A DNA stretch of 64,000 nucleotides from the IMG/VR virus record IMGVR_UViG_3300050821_009430, positions 14,458 to 78,457 of that record; one strand, given 5' to 3'. The notes under the pieces are model-generated. The model ran no database searches, was not told where the DNA came from, and was given only the letters and a program-made list of their open reading frames with translations. Positions within the stretch are counted from its first letter, which is position 1; every line of letters begins with the position of its first letter. Source of the stretch: a virus. Shown piece after piece: positions 1-9,321 of the stretch. The position numbers were made by a program, and so were the translations under genes.

Positions 1-433
1 CCTTAGCTTTAACTGGAAAAACGTCACGATTCTTAGATAAAAACTGCATAAGCTTGTTGGAACGCACACCAAGACCGTTTCCTACATTAAAACCATCGTC
101 ATGCCACCATGGAGCACCGATAAAATCATATTTCAGATACTCGTCCGACCACTGCCCCGCATCAATCACCCACCCATCCCATTCAATACTCAAAAACCAG
201 GGAGTTTTTACGAACTTATGCTGTTCATGCCAAAAGAAAGTACAGTGATCCAACAATGTAGACCATTTCGGCACCTTTACCCATTCAGTTTTCGGTATAT
301 TCAGGTCAATATCCGAAAAAATAAGTGTATCTTCAGGTTCAATAAGTGCCAAAGTGTCAAGAACAGCTAGACGAGCCAATTCAGGGCACAGAACATCACG
401 CAAAACCAGTGTCACGCCCGGCAGTTTTAGCAT
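1..433 (-). CDS. DUF5672-family putative glycosyltransferase (runs off the window edge)
   Basis: Not in the ORF track. Hand translation from ATG 433 (TGATG overlap with the upstream gene) gives MLKLPGVTLV...EWDGWVID..QWSDEYLKYDFIGAPW...NVGNGLGVRSNKLM, the DUF5672 DG..W...YDYIGAPW..VGNG..RS signature. Confidence 0.75.
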   Translation of the reverse strand, partial: MLKLPGVTLVLRDVLCPELARLAVLDTLALIEPEDTLIFSDIDLNIPKTEWVKVPKWSTLLDHCTFFWHEQHKFVKTPWFLSIEWDGWVIDAGQWSDEYLKYDFIGAPWWHDDGFNVGNGLGVRSNKLMQFLSKNRDVFPVKAK

Positions 434-1299
434 CAACCAGCACGCCAAATTGAGAACATGTTCCTGTTTATTTTATTGTGAGAATGTTCTGAATTGAAAG
501 CATCTTCAAACTCTCTACACGGCTGCATTGGGGGAAAATGAGTAGCAGGGTTTGTCAGTTCGGCCAGAAAAAACCCATCAGACGAACCAATAACACGCTG
601 CCGGCCCGCATCGGCTAGAACGGCGGGCCACCGATGATCCCAAGAATCACCGCCGAGTGATTCTAAAAATACAATATCTGCTTCGGTGAAACGTGCCAAG
701 TAAGGCGTTGGCAAAAGATGGCACACGGCATAATGCCCTGGAACTGGAAGCTTCCTTAAAGTGTGGCCAGATTCAGGGGTATTAAGCATAGACTGGTCAG
801 GATCACATTCACGCCAAACCCTATGCAATACAGAAAGTGCCAAACTGACCAATTGGGGATTGGCTAAAACACCTTCAGGCAAAGCTTGTAGAAAAGGTTC
901 ATGCTCTACCCGCACATGCGGGGCCAGCACACACAAATCAGCCCTGTTACCGGCCATGGCAATCAGGTTAGGCAATGAGCCATCCCCCCAAAACGAGTCA
1001 GGTGGGGCCATTATCATCGTGGCTTTGGCTGAAAAACATTTCTTTGCTTCAGCAATCAGACAACGGTGCAATACATCAGAAACCCCACCGCTCAAATCAA
1101 TGAAATTAATCTCAAGGCTGGCATGCAGTGACATAATCGATCTAATTTGTTCTTCATTTTCTCTCAATGTATAGATAGACCACAGCACCCCTGCCGCAAC
1201 ACTGGCATTAAGTGGCTGACGCAGCAAAGAACGCAATGTTATATTGTTAAATAGCTTGCAGAAAGCATCCCCGTAAACAACAGAGAAAATTCTTATCAT
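433..1299 (-). CDS. putative GT-A-like glycosyltransferase / glycan-related protein
   Basis: 288 aa; VVYG..F...TLRSLL N-terminus and APPDSFWGDGSL acidic motif; lies between two GT genes and is translationally coupled. Confidence 0.45.
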   Translation of the reverse strand: MIRIFSVVYGDAFCKLFNNITLRSLLRQPLNASVAAGVLWSIYTLRENEEQIRSIMSLHASLEINFIDLSGGVSDVLHRCLIAEAKKCFSAKATMIMAPPDSFWGDGSLPNLIAMAGNRADLCVLAPHVRVEHEPFLQALPEGVLANPQLVSLALSVLHRVWRECDPDQSMLNTPESGHTLRKLPVPGHYAVCHLLPTPYLARFTEADIVFLESLGGDSWDHRWPAVLADAGRQRVIGSSDGFFLAELTNPATHFPPMQPCREFEDAFNSEHSHNKINRNMFSIWRAG

Positions 1300-2472
1300 C
1301 TATAACCCCAGATCCTTCAAAACCTGAGCGCCCCGGTGTTCCCACAAATGCTTCGCAGCAATAATCTTGCGGCTCTCTGCAATTGCAAATTCACGTTCCT
1401 GCATATTTTTCAACCAAAATTTGGCATGATCAACAAAGTTATCTGAAGTAAACTCACCAAAATGAACATTTGGCTCAAAATATTCGTTCATCAAGCCTAT
1501 TTTCGGTTCACCGCTAACAACGTGGGTCATGATGAAACCGCCAACAGCCATAGCCTCAAGCACCCTTGAGTGTGGGCCAAAACCATGAGAATTCGTGTGC
1601 AGGTTTATCTTGGACGAAGAATATACCCCATAAAGTTCTTTCTCGTCCTTCGTATGAGGGGCAGATACCTTAGCAAATTCAGGATATTTATTCCAATTAT
1701 TACCTTGAAATAGACAATTATCTGAAACTGTCAAAACCATCGATGCAAGAAGAAACCTGTCGGCCCGGCGTGGGTGGTCAATGATCCAGTAACCCACCGC
1801 CTCAACTATTCTACGCCACGCCTCCTCAACCTTATCAATTTCATGATCTCTGCTTAAGGTCTCAATAAAAGCCGCCCGCAGCGGCTCCATAAATAGGTTA
1901 CCCCGCAAGCTGCCACTCAGCGGCTTGTATATCTTATCCATTTCGTTATGACAAAAAATCCCAAATGACACAGGCCCGGGCCAACGAATATCAGGAAACT
2001 CAAATTGTTCTAACGGTGGTGGGATGTACCCACAAATTGAAATATCGATACTTGGTTGAGGAATAGCATAAGTCAAAAGTTCTTTATCAACCCCCGTCAA
2101 AAGTACACCATCCACCCATTTGGCTGGCAGCCCCAGAGCATCAGAATCGGCCATGGCATAGATCAGATCATTCTTACCCTTGCGCTCACCGTAATAGGGC
2201 GTAGTGCCAGGGCGGAAATCCTGTACCCAGGCAATGTGCAGAACACCCGCCGGGAGCCAACCGGGGCGCGATCTGTTTATGTCAAAAACAATATCGTGTT
2301 GTCGTAAATTTCCAATTGTGTATTCCATAGGGGGCAGCAACGTGACTTGGTGCCCGGCCCCGGCAATAGCCCCGGACAAACGGCGCAGCATGCGCCAATC
2401 ATAGGGATTGTCTTCGGCAGGGGTAAAAACAAAACGCATTGCACTATAATCGATTCCTTGCGGTGGCATCAA
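1300..2472 (-). CDS. CgeB-like GT-B glycosyltransferase (Glyco_trans_1_2)
   Basis: C-terminal YSSSKINLH...HSRVLEAMAVGGFIM...AKHLWEHRGAQVL is typical of CgeB-family GTs. Confidence 0.8.
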   Translation of the reverse strand: MMPPQGIDYSAMRFVFTPAEDNPYDWRMLRRLSGAIAGAGHQVTLLPPMEYTIGNLRQHDIVFDINRSRPGWLPAGVLHIAWVQDFRPGTTPYYGERKGKNDLIYAMADSDALGLPAKWVDGVLLTGVDKELLTYAIPQPSIDISICGYIPPPLEQFEFPDIRWPGPVSFGIFCHNEMDKIYKPLSGSLRGNLFMEPLRAAFIETLSRDHEIDKVEEAWRRIVEAVGYWIIDHPRRADRFLLASMVLTVSDNCLFQGNNWNKYPEFAKVSAPHTKDEKELYGVYSSSKINLHTNSHGFGPHSRVLEAMAVGGFIMTHVVSGEPKIGLMNEYFEPNVHFGEFTSDNFVDHAKFWLKNMQEREFAIAESRKIIAAKHLWEHRGAQVLKDLGL

Positions 2473-2806
2473 AGCCTTTTACGGCATTGAATTGATCCGT
2501 GTGCACCGTAATTGACGTAGGGTCGCCCCGTAATGCCTCAAGCACCGCCCAATCGTCTGTGCGTTGCAGCAGCGGCATATCAGGGTCGCCGGCCCCTTCT
2601 TCGTCTCTGTACCCCTCAAACATTTCTACAAAACCAAGCACAGTTTGAACATAAGCCGGGTCCATACCCAGCTTCTTTGCTTCCTCTGCATAGGCCCTGA
2701 GCGCAGCCGGTGCAGCCGGGTCACGCGCACCCAATACAAAATGTGGCCATTTCGGAACTGTTGCATCCCTGCGAACAACAAGATACTTGCTGGACAACTG
2801 AGCCAT
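2444..2806 (-). CDS. conserved phage hypothetical protein
   Basis: KYLVVRRD..FVLGARDPAAPAALRAYA motif, common in phages; co-oriented in the operon. Confidence 0.65.
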   Translation of the reverse strand: MAQLSSKYLVVRRDATVPKWPHFVLGARDPAAPAALRAYAEEAKKLGMDPAYVQTVLGFVEMFEGYRDEEGAGDPDMPLLQRTDDWAVLEALRGDPTSITVHTDQFNAVKGFDATARNRL

Positions 2807-2807
2807 T

Positions 2808-3122
2808 TTACTTTCCTTTTTTCAGTGCGGTTTTTGCTCGATTATAAAACAGAGACTTTTTGTGCCGAAGAATATGTGAAGCATAGGCCCGTAGGTGTGC
2901 CTCTGACAGCACAATTTCAGATGATTGGCCACGCCGGGGCGCTGACATGCTCTTGACGGCCCGCACAAGTGACTGAGGGAACCACCAACTTTCGTTTGTT
3001 TCAAAAATCCAGCAGTGGAACTCTGACATGGTATCAATTGAATCTGATACCCACATAAGATCGGCTTCCGCTTCACCAAGCGGCGTCAGCAATATTTTTT
3101 CAATGTGGACTATTTCAGGCAC
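2808..3122 (-). CDS. hypothetical protein
   Basis: Tightly packed 104-aa ORF in the operon. Confidence 0.55.
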   Translation of the reverse strand: MPEIVHIEKILLTPLGEAEADLMWVSDSIDTMSEFHCWIFETNESWWFPQSLVRAVKSMSAPRRGQSSEIVLSEAHLRAYASHILRHKKSLFYNRAKTALKKGK

Positions 3123-3127
3123 AGCAC

Positions 3128-3685
3128 TCAGCGATATTCTTTGGCATATTCAACAAGAACCGTACTGCCCTTGGCTTCGAATGCGTTCTGATACGCTGAC
3201 ACAATCATGCCTGCATCAATCAATCTTACAAGAGCCGTAGTTCGAAACATGCGCCTGAATGCTTCGGTGAAATCGGCGTCATGCTGGGATTGCGGATTGA
3301 AAGGGTGCGAACTGGGGGCAGCTACCCTGATAATGACCTTGGGCCAATAACCGCCACTAGAATACAACGGAATACGATCAAGATGATTAACAAGCTGATC
3401 GGCTGCCCGCAACATGAAGTTCCATCTTGGAATAATACAAACCGGAACATAACCGTTCAGGCTCATGCCAATACACATGCCCATTTGCATTTCTTCGGCC
3501 ACTGGCATTTCAATACGCTTGTCAATAGGCACACCCGTCAAAGAACTACTTAGCGCCGTGCCCTCACAGCCAACACCCTGACCAAAGAACATCACTCGTT
3601 CCTGCTGACCAAGCCACGTCATGGCCCGGCTTAGCTCACCATTATAGCTCACGGTTCTCCCGAATAAGCTTCCGTACAAACTCAT
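3128..3685 (-). CDS. TPP-dependent E1 beta / transketolase pyrimidine-binding subunit (short form)
   Basis: FFGQGVG, IEMPVAEEMQMGMCIGMS..GYVPV, AADQLVNHL, PQSQH motifs; no C-terminal domain; ATG 3685 overlaps the alpha-gene stop. Confidence 0.85.
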   Translation of the reverse strand: MSLYGSLFGRTVSYNGELSRAMTWLGQQERVMFFGQGVGCEGTALSSSLTGVPIDKRIEMPVAEEMQMGMCIGMSLNGYVPVCIIPRWNFMLRAADQLVNHLDRIPLYSSGGYWPKVIIRVAAPSSHPFNPQSQHDADFTEAFRRMFRTTALVRLIDAGMIVSAYQNAFEAKGSTVLVEYAKEYR

Positions 3686-4275
3686 TGCATGTGAACCCAA
3701 CGGCCACTTCCGACATGCGGATAAGATAATTCATAATGGTATCTGCGAACGTTTATATCGTGATTGCCACCCCACACCGCTTTGGTATCGGTAGCTACCG
3801 ACTTGCCATTGTCCTCGACAATAACGACCAAGGGCAAGTCATGGCCGCGTGCATAGCGAGTGCACTCGTGCACAATGCCTGACATCGCCGCCATATCGCC
3901 AATGAAGCAATAGACCTTGTCACCTTTACCGTCACGCTTAGCGGCCCAAGCCAGCCCCAGCGCCACCGGCACTATGCCCCCTACCATGGCTGAACAAATC
4001 ACACGCTGTTGGGGAAAGCACAACGCAATGGAACGGCCTTCAAGAATGGCAGCTTTGAGTTCTTCAGGGGGCACACCCTTCAAGAGGCAATGCAGGTGGC
4101 TTCGCCAAGTCCCACCTACCCAATCGTTTTCTTTTATATTGTCAAATATGTCAATCAGGGTTTGCTCATTGCCCCCGCCCAAATGAACCGGGGCCTTGAT
4201 CTTACCCGCATTGAATTTGGCAACAATATCTGCTTCAAACGCCTTCAGCGTTTCAACCGTGTGCCCGGTATCCAT
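3682..4275 (-). CDS. TPP-dependent E1 alpha-like subunit (short form)
   Basis: PVHLGGGNE, TWRSH.H, SAMVGG, and the TPP-binding GDMAA...EDNG motif. Confidence 0.85.
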   Translation of the reverse strand: MDTGHTVETLKAFEADIVAKFNAGKIKAPVHLGGGNEQTLIDIFDNIKENDWVGGTWRSHLHCLLKGVPPEELKAAILEGRSIALCFPQQRVICSAMVGGIVPVALGLAWAAKRDGKGDKVYCFIGDMAAMSGIVHECTRYARGHDLPLVVIVEDNGKSVATDTKAVWGGNHDINVRRYHYELSYPHVGSGRWVHMQ

Positions 4276-5399
4276 TACAAAAATTCCATATGCGGGGGCT
4301 GCGGCTCGTTTGAAAAGGCCACGGTGCCTTTCATGAATTTATCCAGCCAAGAATTAGTGTTCGTCTGCAAACAATTAGGCCCGCAAGATTTCTGTGCATC
4401 AAATTCATCGGAGCCAAGATACCTGATCACTTCCCAGTAACGGTCACTGGCCCAAATGTCTTTGAACCGTGTGTCGCAGATATTCCCAATATGAAATTTT
4501 TTGTACTTTTCGTTAAAAAGGAACCCACAGGGGGCCACAAGACCGCTACCGGATACCTGAAGAATAAACGGAGGGCCATAACAGCGCTGATAGTCACGTT
4601 TGCCCTCATTGACCAGCCTGCCCCACTTCACACTCACCCTGAAAGTATCGTCTGTATAGGTTTCAATCTCACGAAACTTATCTTCAAGTGCGGCATACTT
4701 AGAGTAATCAACGCCAAGCTGCCCCTCCACATCATCAGCACAATGCTTGATGACCAAATAATCGGGCCTAAGGACATCACGACAAAGCTTGGCCAACGGT
4801 ATGATTTCATCCTCGTCTTCAGGCATACAAACCATCTGGACATTAATATTGACCGGCAAATTATCGCGGTGCTTGATTGCCATGGCATCCTTGATGTTCT
4901 GAATAACACGATCAAAGAACACCTTATTCAAACCCATGGTTTTGGCGTAGCCCTCACGGGTGCCTGCACCAAAATGAAAGCGCAAATAGCTGAGACACGG
5001 CAGCAACCGTTCCAACACCACCTTGTTCAGCACCACGCCATTGCTGGAAGCGCCAGTGGCAATGCCAAGCGCATGAGCATATTCCACAGCCTCAAGATAG
5101 TTCTTGTGCACCGTAGATTCGCCATCGCTGATAAATGAAATGCCCTTGACACCAATCTCGGCCGCATCTTCAAGAAAGTTGAACACCACTTCCTTGGTCT
5201 GATACTTGCGCTCGTTTTCCTGAAGCATGGCGTAGCAACACCGGCAGGAAGCCTGACATTCTCTCGTCATGGCATAATCAATGGTGATAGGAGCTATTTT
5301 TTCGCCGCGTTGCCATGCCAAAACTCTATCTTTATACCAGCCTACTTTGGTGCCATCAATGATAAGCTGCTTGGTGAAATCCTGTGTCTGTTCGCTCAT
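4275..5399 (-). CDS. radical SAM protein with SPASM/twitch domain
   Basis: CQASCRCC (CxxxCxxC); SDGEST; C-terminal CYGP...G.VAPC...IGNI....FKDIWAS...CGPNC. Confidence 0.88.
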   Translation of the reverse strand: MSEQTQDFTKQLIIDGTKVGWYKDRVLAWQRGEKIAPITIDYAMTRECQASCRCCYAMLQENERKYQTKEVVFNFLEDAAEIGVKGISFISDGESTVHKNYLEAVEYAHALGIATGASSNGVVLNKVVLERLLPCLSYLRFHFGAGTREGYAKTMGLNKVFFDRVIQNIKDAMAIKHRDNLPVNINVQMVCMPEDEDEIIPLAKLCRDVLRPDYLVIKHCADDVEGQLGVDYSKYAALEDKFREIETYTDDTFRVSVKWGRLVNEGKRDYQRCYGPPFILQVSGSGLVAPCGFLFNEKYKKFHIGNICDTRFKDIWASDRYWEVIRYLGSDEFDAQKSCGPNCLQTNTNSWLDKFMKGTVAFSNEPQPPHMEFL

Positions 5400-5584
5400 A
5401 TGGCATCGTCTTTCTTCAATTTCTGCCGGGGCTTGTTCTGATCGCGCATCGTATCCATGAACACTTCGGCGCGCACACCAAGCATCTTTCTGGCTAAGCG
5501 CTCAACCTCAAGCAAGAACGACCCCTTGTCAATGCCGTGGAAACCTTCGCCAAGAAACTTGATATTGATCGGGTAATCAGACAT
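5396..5584 (-). CDS. small hypothetical protein coupled to the radical SAM gene
   Basis: ATG 5584 gives MSDYPINIKF...GSFLLEVERLAR...; ATGA overlap with the rSAM start. Confidence 0.55.
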   Translation of the reverse strand: MSDYPINIKFLGEGFHGIDKGSFLLEVERLARKMLGVRAEVFMDTMRDQNKPRQKLKKDDAI

Positions 5585-5585
5585 T

Positions 5586-5729
5586 TCAATCACCATAGAT
5601 GCCATACCGAGGGCCACATTCAAGGCACACACCGCCTATAAAATAAATTAGAAGAAATGGAAACCAGAACCCGCGCACACCGGCTATGACCATGCCAACC
5701 GCACAAATTATGGCAAAAGGCTTTCTCAT
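5586..5729 (-). CDS. small membrane peptide (47 aa)
   Basis: Hand translation MRKPFAIICAVGMVIAGVRGFWFPFLLIYFIGGVCLECGPRYGIYGD; ATG overlaps the gmhA stop and the ORF fills the gap. Confidence 0.45.
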   Translation of the reverse strand: MRKPFAIICAVGMVIAGVRGFWFPFLLIYFIGGVCLECGPRYGIYGD

Positions 5730-6310
5730 GCCGCTATTTCTTTACTTCGTTTTTCTTCCATGAGAGCATCACACACCGCATGTAAAAGAATACTGTGAGC
5801 CAGTTCAACGCAGCCGTAGCTTTCCGACGGCACATAAAAGCTTATATCGCCAATGATGCGTAACTTGTTGTGTGGATGGAAGCCGGTAAAGGTCATGACA
5901 AACATCCGCTTCTCATGCCCGGCTTTTGCCGCCTGAATAATATTTCGTGAAGCACCTGAACTTGAAATAGCAATTAAAATATCGTTCGGTCTGCCGTGAC
6001 ATTCAACCTGCTTGGCATAAGCTTCGTCATAGCCAAAATCATTGGCTAAGCAGGTCAATGCCGAGGGATCGGAAAGCACCATGGCCCGCAGCCCGGCATT
6101 TTTCACAAGGTCAATCACAACGTGACTGGCAATGGCCGAGGAACCGCCATTGCCAATAACCAGTATCTTGCCGCCGTTACCGTCAACCCAGCGAAGCAGG
6201 CTGACAACTTCACCCAATCCTTTTTCCAATGTCAGTTCGCCCGTGACCAGTGTATTGCCCACCGCCACCATAAGCGACGCAATGTAATCTTTTATCATTT
6301 GAGAAGCCAT
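5726..6310 (-). CDS. gmhA: phosphoheptose (sedoheptulose-7-phosphate) isomerase, SIS domain
   Basis: GNGGSSAIASH, LTCLANDFGY, DILIAISSSGAS.NI, TGF, YGCVE.AH..LLH motifs. Confidence 0.9.
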   Translation of the reverse strand: MASQMIKDYIASLMVAVGNTLVTGELTLEKGLGEVVSLLRWVDGNGGKILVIGNGGSSAIASHVVIDLVKNAGLRAMVLSDPSALTCLANDFGYDEAYAKQVECHGRPNDILIAISSSGASRNIIQAAKAGHEKRMFVMTFTGFHPHNKLRIIGDISFYVPSESYGCVELAHSILLHAVCDALMEEKRSKEIAA

Positions 6311-7620
6311 TCGATGTTTTTCAAAATGTCATCGCGGCCAACATGCTGGCGGTGACCCAATATAGCGGTTTTGAGGCCACCCGCAACATTGCCTACAAAG
6401 GCCGCCAGTTCAAGCGGCAGCCCGGCCGCTACCAGGGGGGCACTCACGGCTAAAAACGCATCACCGGCCCCCATAGTGTCAAAGCCGGTGCTTACAAACG
6501 CGGGTATGGCAACATCACCCACCAAGCAACCGTAGCGGCCCCGCGTGATGACTATATTTTCGGTTTGCAGCCTGTTGGCAATCCGCCGAACAATCTGCGG
6601 TAATGCAATATGACGGTCCCTGACCGTCAGCATGGCTTCCGGCTCGTCCACGCAAACATAATCGGCCCGGTGATAATTGAACACACTATTGAAACCGTAG
6701 TTCCCGGCATTGGCCTGGGCCGTCACGGCAAGGAACTTTGCGGTTTGCAACGCCTCACGCTCAAGCTGACCCAGCAAGCCATGACCAAAATCAAAAGCAA
6801 TGCACAAGTCAGCCTGAACAATCAGTTCACCAAGTTTCTTTCTAAAGCTGACCCGTTCGTCGGCTTCAATTTCTATTTCCCTGCTTGAATAAACCTCAAA
6901 CAGCTTGCGTGAGAAATCGGCATCGACAAAACGTGTTTTGGTGATGGTGGCAAAACTGGTAATCACTTCGGCCCCGCGCCACTCACCGTGCTTGGCGGCG
7001 GCCCGCACCCCACCATTGAACTTTTCCGTGTTGGTGCCTACCACCGCAAGGATAAATTCCTTTGACGGCTTGGCCAAAGGCTTCACGTAACGGTATTCGT
7101 CTATGACGGTTTCACCTATAAAGGCTATCTTGAGTTTATCCGCCCTTTCAAATGCCTGAAGAATATCTGGCAGGTATTTACGCACACCTTCAATATAGGC
7201 CAAGGCAGCATCGCTGAGTTTGACGGTACGCAATAGTTCGGTTGAGGACCACTTTTCGGCGGTAGTGATATGAAAGCTGCCGCCAATCAGCTCCACCGCC
7301 TCACGTTCAATGGCCAGATAAGGATTATCGGTATTGGCATAATCGGGGCCTTTGACGTAAACCGCAGGCTTGATTTTATAGATAGAATCAACCGCCGTGC
7401 CGGTTTCACTGATAATCACTTCGTCCACACATTCCAGCGATAATAATGCTTCGCGGCGCTGCTCGGCGGTGAAGTGCGGCCTACCGGGGCCTTTATTGAC
7501 GTGGGCATCGCAGGTGATGCTGACCACCAGCCGGTCACCCAAGGAACGGGCTTCCGTCAAATGACGGATATGACCCAAATGCAATAAATCAAAACAGCCA
7601 TGGGCTAGAACGGTATTCAT
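6295..7620 (-). CDS. bifunctional HldE/RfaE-like nucleotidyltransferase (N-terminal) + PfkB sugar kinase (C-terminal)
   Basis: ATG 7620: HGCFDLLHLGH, KGPGRP, YVKGPDY, WSST; the kinase half has DFGHG, ITRG..G, DTMGAGDAFLA. Domain order is reversed relative to E. coli HldE. Confidence 0.88.
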   Translation of the reverse strand: MNTVLAHGCFDLLHLGHIRHLTEARSLGDRLVVSITCDAHVNKGPGRPHFTAEQRREALLSLECVDEVIISETGTAVDSIYKIKPAVYVKGPDYANTDNPYLAIEREAVELIGGSFHITTAEKWSSTELLRTVKLSDAALAYIEGVRKYLPDILQAFERADKLKIAFIGETVIDEYRYVKPLAKPSKEFILAVVGTNTEKFNGGVRAAAKHGEWRGAEVITSFATITKTRFVDADFSRKLFEVYSSREIEIEADERVSFRKKLGELIVQADLCIAFDFGHGLLGQLEREALQTAKFLAVTAQANAGNYGFNSVFNYHRADYVCVDEPEAMLTVRDRHIALPQIVRRIANRLQTENIVITRGRYGCLVGDVAIPAFVSTGFDTMGAGDAFLAVSAPLVAAGLPLELAAFVGNVAGGLKTAILGHRQHVGRDDILKNIEWLLK

Positions 7621-7748
7621 GGAAAGTACCAATACCAAGCATATTCCAACAAAGGCCACCAAATCAAAATACCCAAAACGGTCACACTCATAAAACACAA
7701 CAGCAGAAGCGCCACGATCAGGTTTTCAATAGTGAAGTAGTGGATCAT
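7617..7748 (-). CDS. small membrane peptide (43 aa)
   Basis: Hand translation MIHYFTIENLIVALLLLCFMSVTVLGILIWWPLLEYAWYWYFP; stop overlaps the HldE-like ATG (ATGA). Confidence 0.45.
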   Translation of the reverse strand: MIHYFTIENLIVALLLLCFMSVTVLGILIWWPLLEYAWYWYFP

Positions 7749-7757
7749 AAGAAATCT

Positions 7758-7940
7758 TTACCCCAGATCATCACCACAACACTGACAACGCATATCAGGC
7801 GAATTACCGCTGGAATACCAGATCACCCCGGCAGGGTGACCGCGTAACCGGCACCAAAGGATCTGCCACGTTTGTTCTTCACGATCCCATTCAACAGGAG
7901 CGAACAGGTAACGCCACCAGGACAGGTAAAACCAGCGCAT
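7758..7940 (-). CDS. small hypothetical protein, first gene of the leftward operon
   Basis: WCRLRGHP...CQCCG motif; ATG lies 5 nt after a TATAAT. Confidence 0.55.
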   Translation of the reverse strand: MRWFYLSWWRYLFAPVEWDREEQTWQILWCRLRGHPAGVIWYSSGNSPDMRCQCCGDDLG

Positions 7941-7945
7941 GCCTG

Positions 7946-7990
7946 ATTATACGTTCGTAGGGGTAAGAATACAATGTTATCTAAACGATA
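7946..7990 (-). promoter_or_regulatory. sigma70 promoter of the leftward operon, with upstream TATCGTTTA box
   Basis: TTGTAT (7974-7969)-N17-TATAAT (7951-7946); box at 7990-7982. Confidence 0.7.
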
Positions 7991-8208
7991 ACAATTATCG
8001 AATCTTACTCAGCGATTCGTGGGGACTTGATTTTATGCACGTATGCAGGAATACTATTACTTCTTTCGATAATCATTTTAGAATCTTGGTGCGTAATTCG
8101 ACGGGAACCGGCACAGCCACACAGGGGGAGGGGGACCTCTTTTCATCTTCATCGCACATCCATGCCCCAGCCCGGTATTGTGCTCTAGAGCCATGGTGGC
8201 CGTGCGGT

Positions 8209-8239
8209 AGCTCCTGATCCAGAGGAAGGATCAGGAGCT
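8209..8239. repeat. perfect 12-bp inverted repeat
   Basis: AGCTCCTGATCC-agaggaa-GGATCAGGAGCT. Confidence 0.85.
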
Positions 8240-8298
8240 TGGATGCTTTGACTACCCCATAAGAGTTAGGTTAGCGGCATTCGCGCCGCGCTGCCCAT

Positions 8299-8535
8299 TT
8301 AACCCTGTTGCTGGTCGAACCGCTTTTCCATTTCCAAATCTCGCAATTCCGTTCCACTCTCGCCAATCTCGGAATAGAACACGTAATCAGCCGGTCCCTC
8401 ATATTCGTCATACGCGGGGCAACCCCAAGTGCCCGGACCGTTCTCCGGATCGCCGTCGTCAAATTCAGCTTCATGTGCGGTGTACTTATACCCCAACGCC
8501 AACAGATGCTCGTGTAAAGCTAAGTTGAATGGCAT
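8299..8535 (-). CDS. acidic pre-early hypothetical protein
   Basis: SD AAAGGAG before ATG 8535; CTCGAA-N17-CTATCT-like promoter upstream. Confidence 0.65.
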   Translation of the reverse strand: MPFNLALHEHLLALGYKYTAHEAEFDDGDPENGPGTWGCPAYDEYEGPADYVFYSEIGESGTELRDLEMEKRFDQQQG

Positions 8536-8649
8536 AGCTTTGCTCCTTTGATTTGAGTTCACTCTAGACAGATAGCAGAACACAAAGCATCTTTCGAGAT
8601 AATAAGCTATAAAAGATAACATACCGCCATGCAGAAATAACATGGGTTT

Positions 8650-8693
8650 TATCGTTTATAGCTATTGAAATTATCACGGCTTTAAAGTACTTT
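8650..8693 (+). promoter_or_regulatory. sigma70 promoter with upstream TATCGTTTA box
   Basis: TATCGTTTA at 8650-8658; TTGAAA (8665-8670)-N17-TACTTT (8688-8693). Confidence 0.65.
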
Positions 8694-8793
8694 CGTTTTG
8701 TTAGCTGGCGCACACATACCCGTTACAAGCGCCCTTGAAACCCTCACAGTGGCAGCCCTGACAAGCTGCGGTAACGGGCAGAAGGAAGAAGCT

Positions 8794-9315
8794 ATGAGCA
8801 ACGTGAAACATATCAGCTATTACACCAACGTCACGCAGCAGTGGTCAAAGCCCCTGGGGGCCAAACCCACTGAGGCGCAACTGTCACTGGCCCATGTGTT
8901 TGGGCGACCGGGCAAGCAAAGCTTGGCGGTGGCAATGGCGTTGCGTGACGGCGGCGTGACCGGCAGTCAGGTCAAACTGGCGTCAAGCCTGTTTGACGGC
9001 AAAGCTACCCCGCAGTTGAACCACATGCGTGACTTGATCAAGGCCCGCATGTTCAACCGTGAGGCGGTGCCGGGTGCCTACGCCATTACCCTGGGGCCAA
9101 AGGGTCAACAGTTTGTTGACCTGCATGGTGCCAAGGCGGTTGAAAAACTGGCTGACAAAGCGGCCGGTGACAAGCCCGTCAAGGCCGGCAAAAAGGCCAA
9201 GGTGAGCAAGCCGCGTAAGGCCAAGGCTGAAACCGTGACCATCACTGAAACCGCGCCTGAGGCGGTTGTGGTGCCGGTCAGCGGTGAAGCCCCGGCTAAG
9301 CACGCTACCGCGTAA
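8794..9315 (+). CDS. putative winged-helix DNA-binding protein with Lys/Ala-rich tail
   Basis: SD GAAGGA; FGRPGKQSLAVAMALRDGGVT resembles DUF3489-like HTH proteins and ORFs 18874 and 37108. Confidence 0.6.
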   Translation: MSNVKHISYYTNVTQQWSKPLGAKPTEAQLSLAHVFGRPGKQSLAVAMALRDGGVTGSQVKLASSLFDGKATPQLNHMRDLIKARMFNREAVPGAYAITLGPKGQQFVDLHGAKAVEKLADKAAGDKPVKAGKKAKVSKPRKAKAETVTITETAPEAVVVPVSGEAPAKHATA

Positions 9316-9321
9316 CTGAGC

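Noticed and set aside
3128-4275. Pyruvate dehydrogenase as an auxiliary metabolic gene
   Set aside because: Both subunits are truncated, no E2/E3 is present, and the context is sugar biosynthesis.
4491-5138. Long opposite-strand ORFs (e.g. 4491+, 18931-, 45463-, 63224+)
   Set aside because: Shadows of well-supported genes, without SD or motifs.
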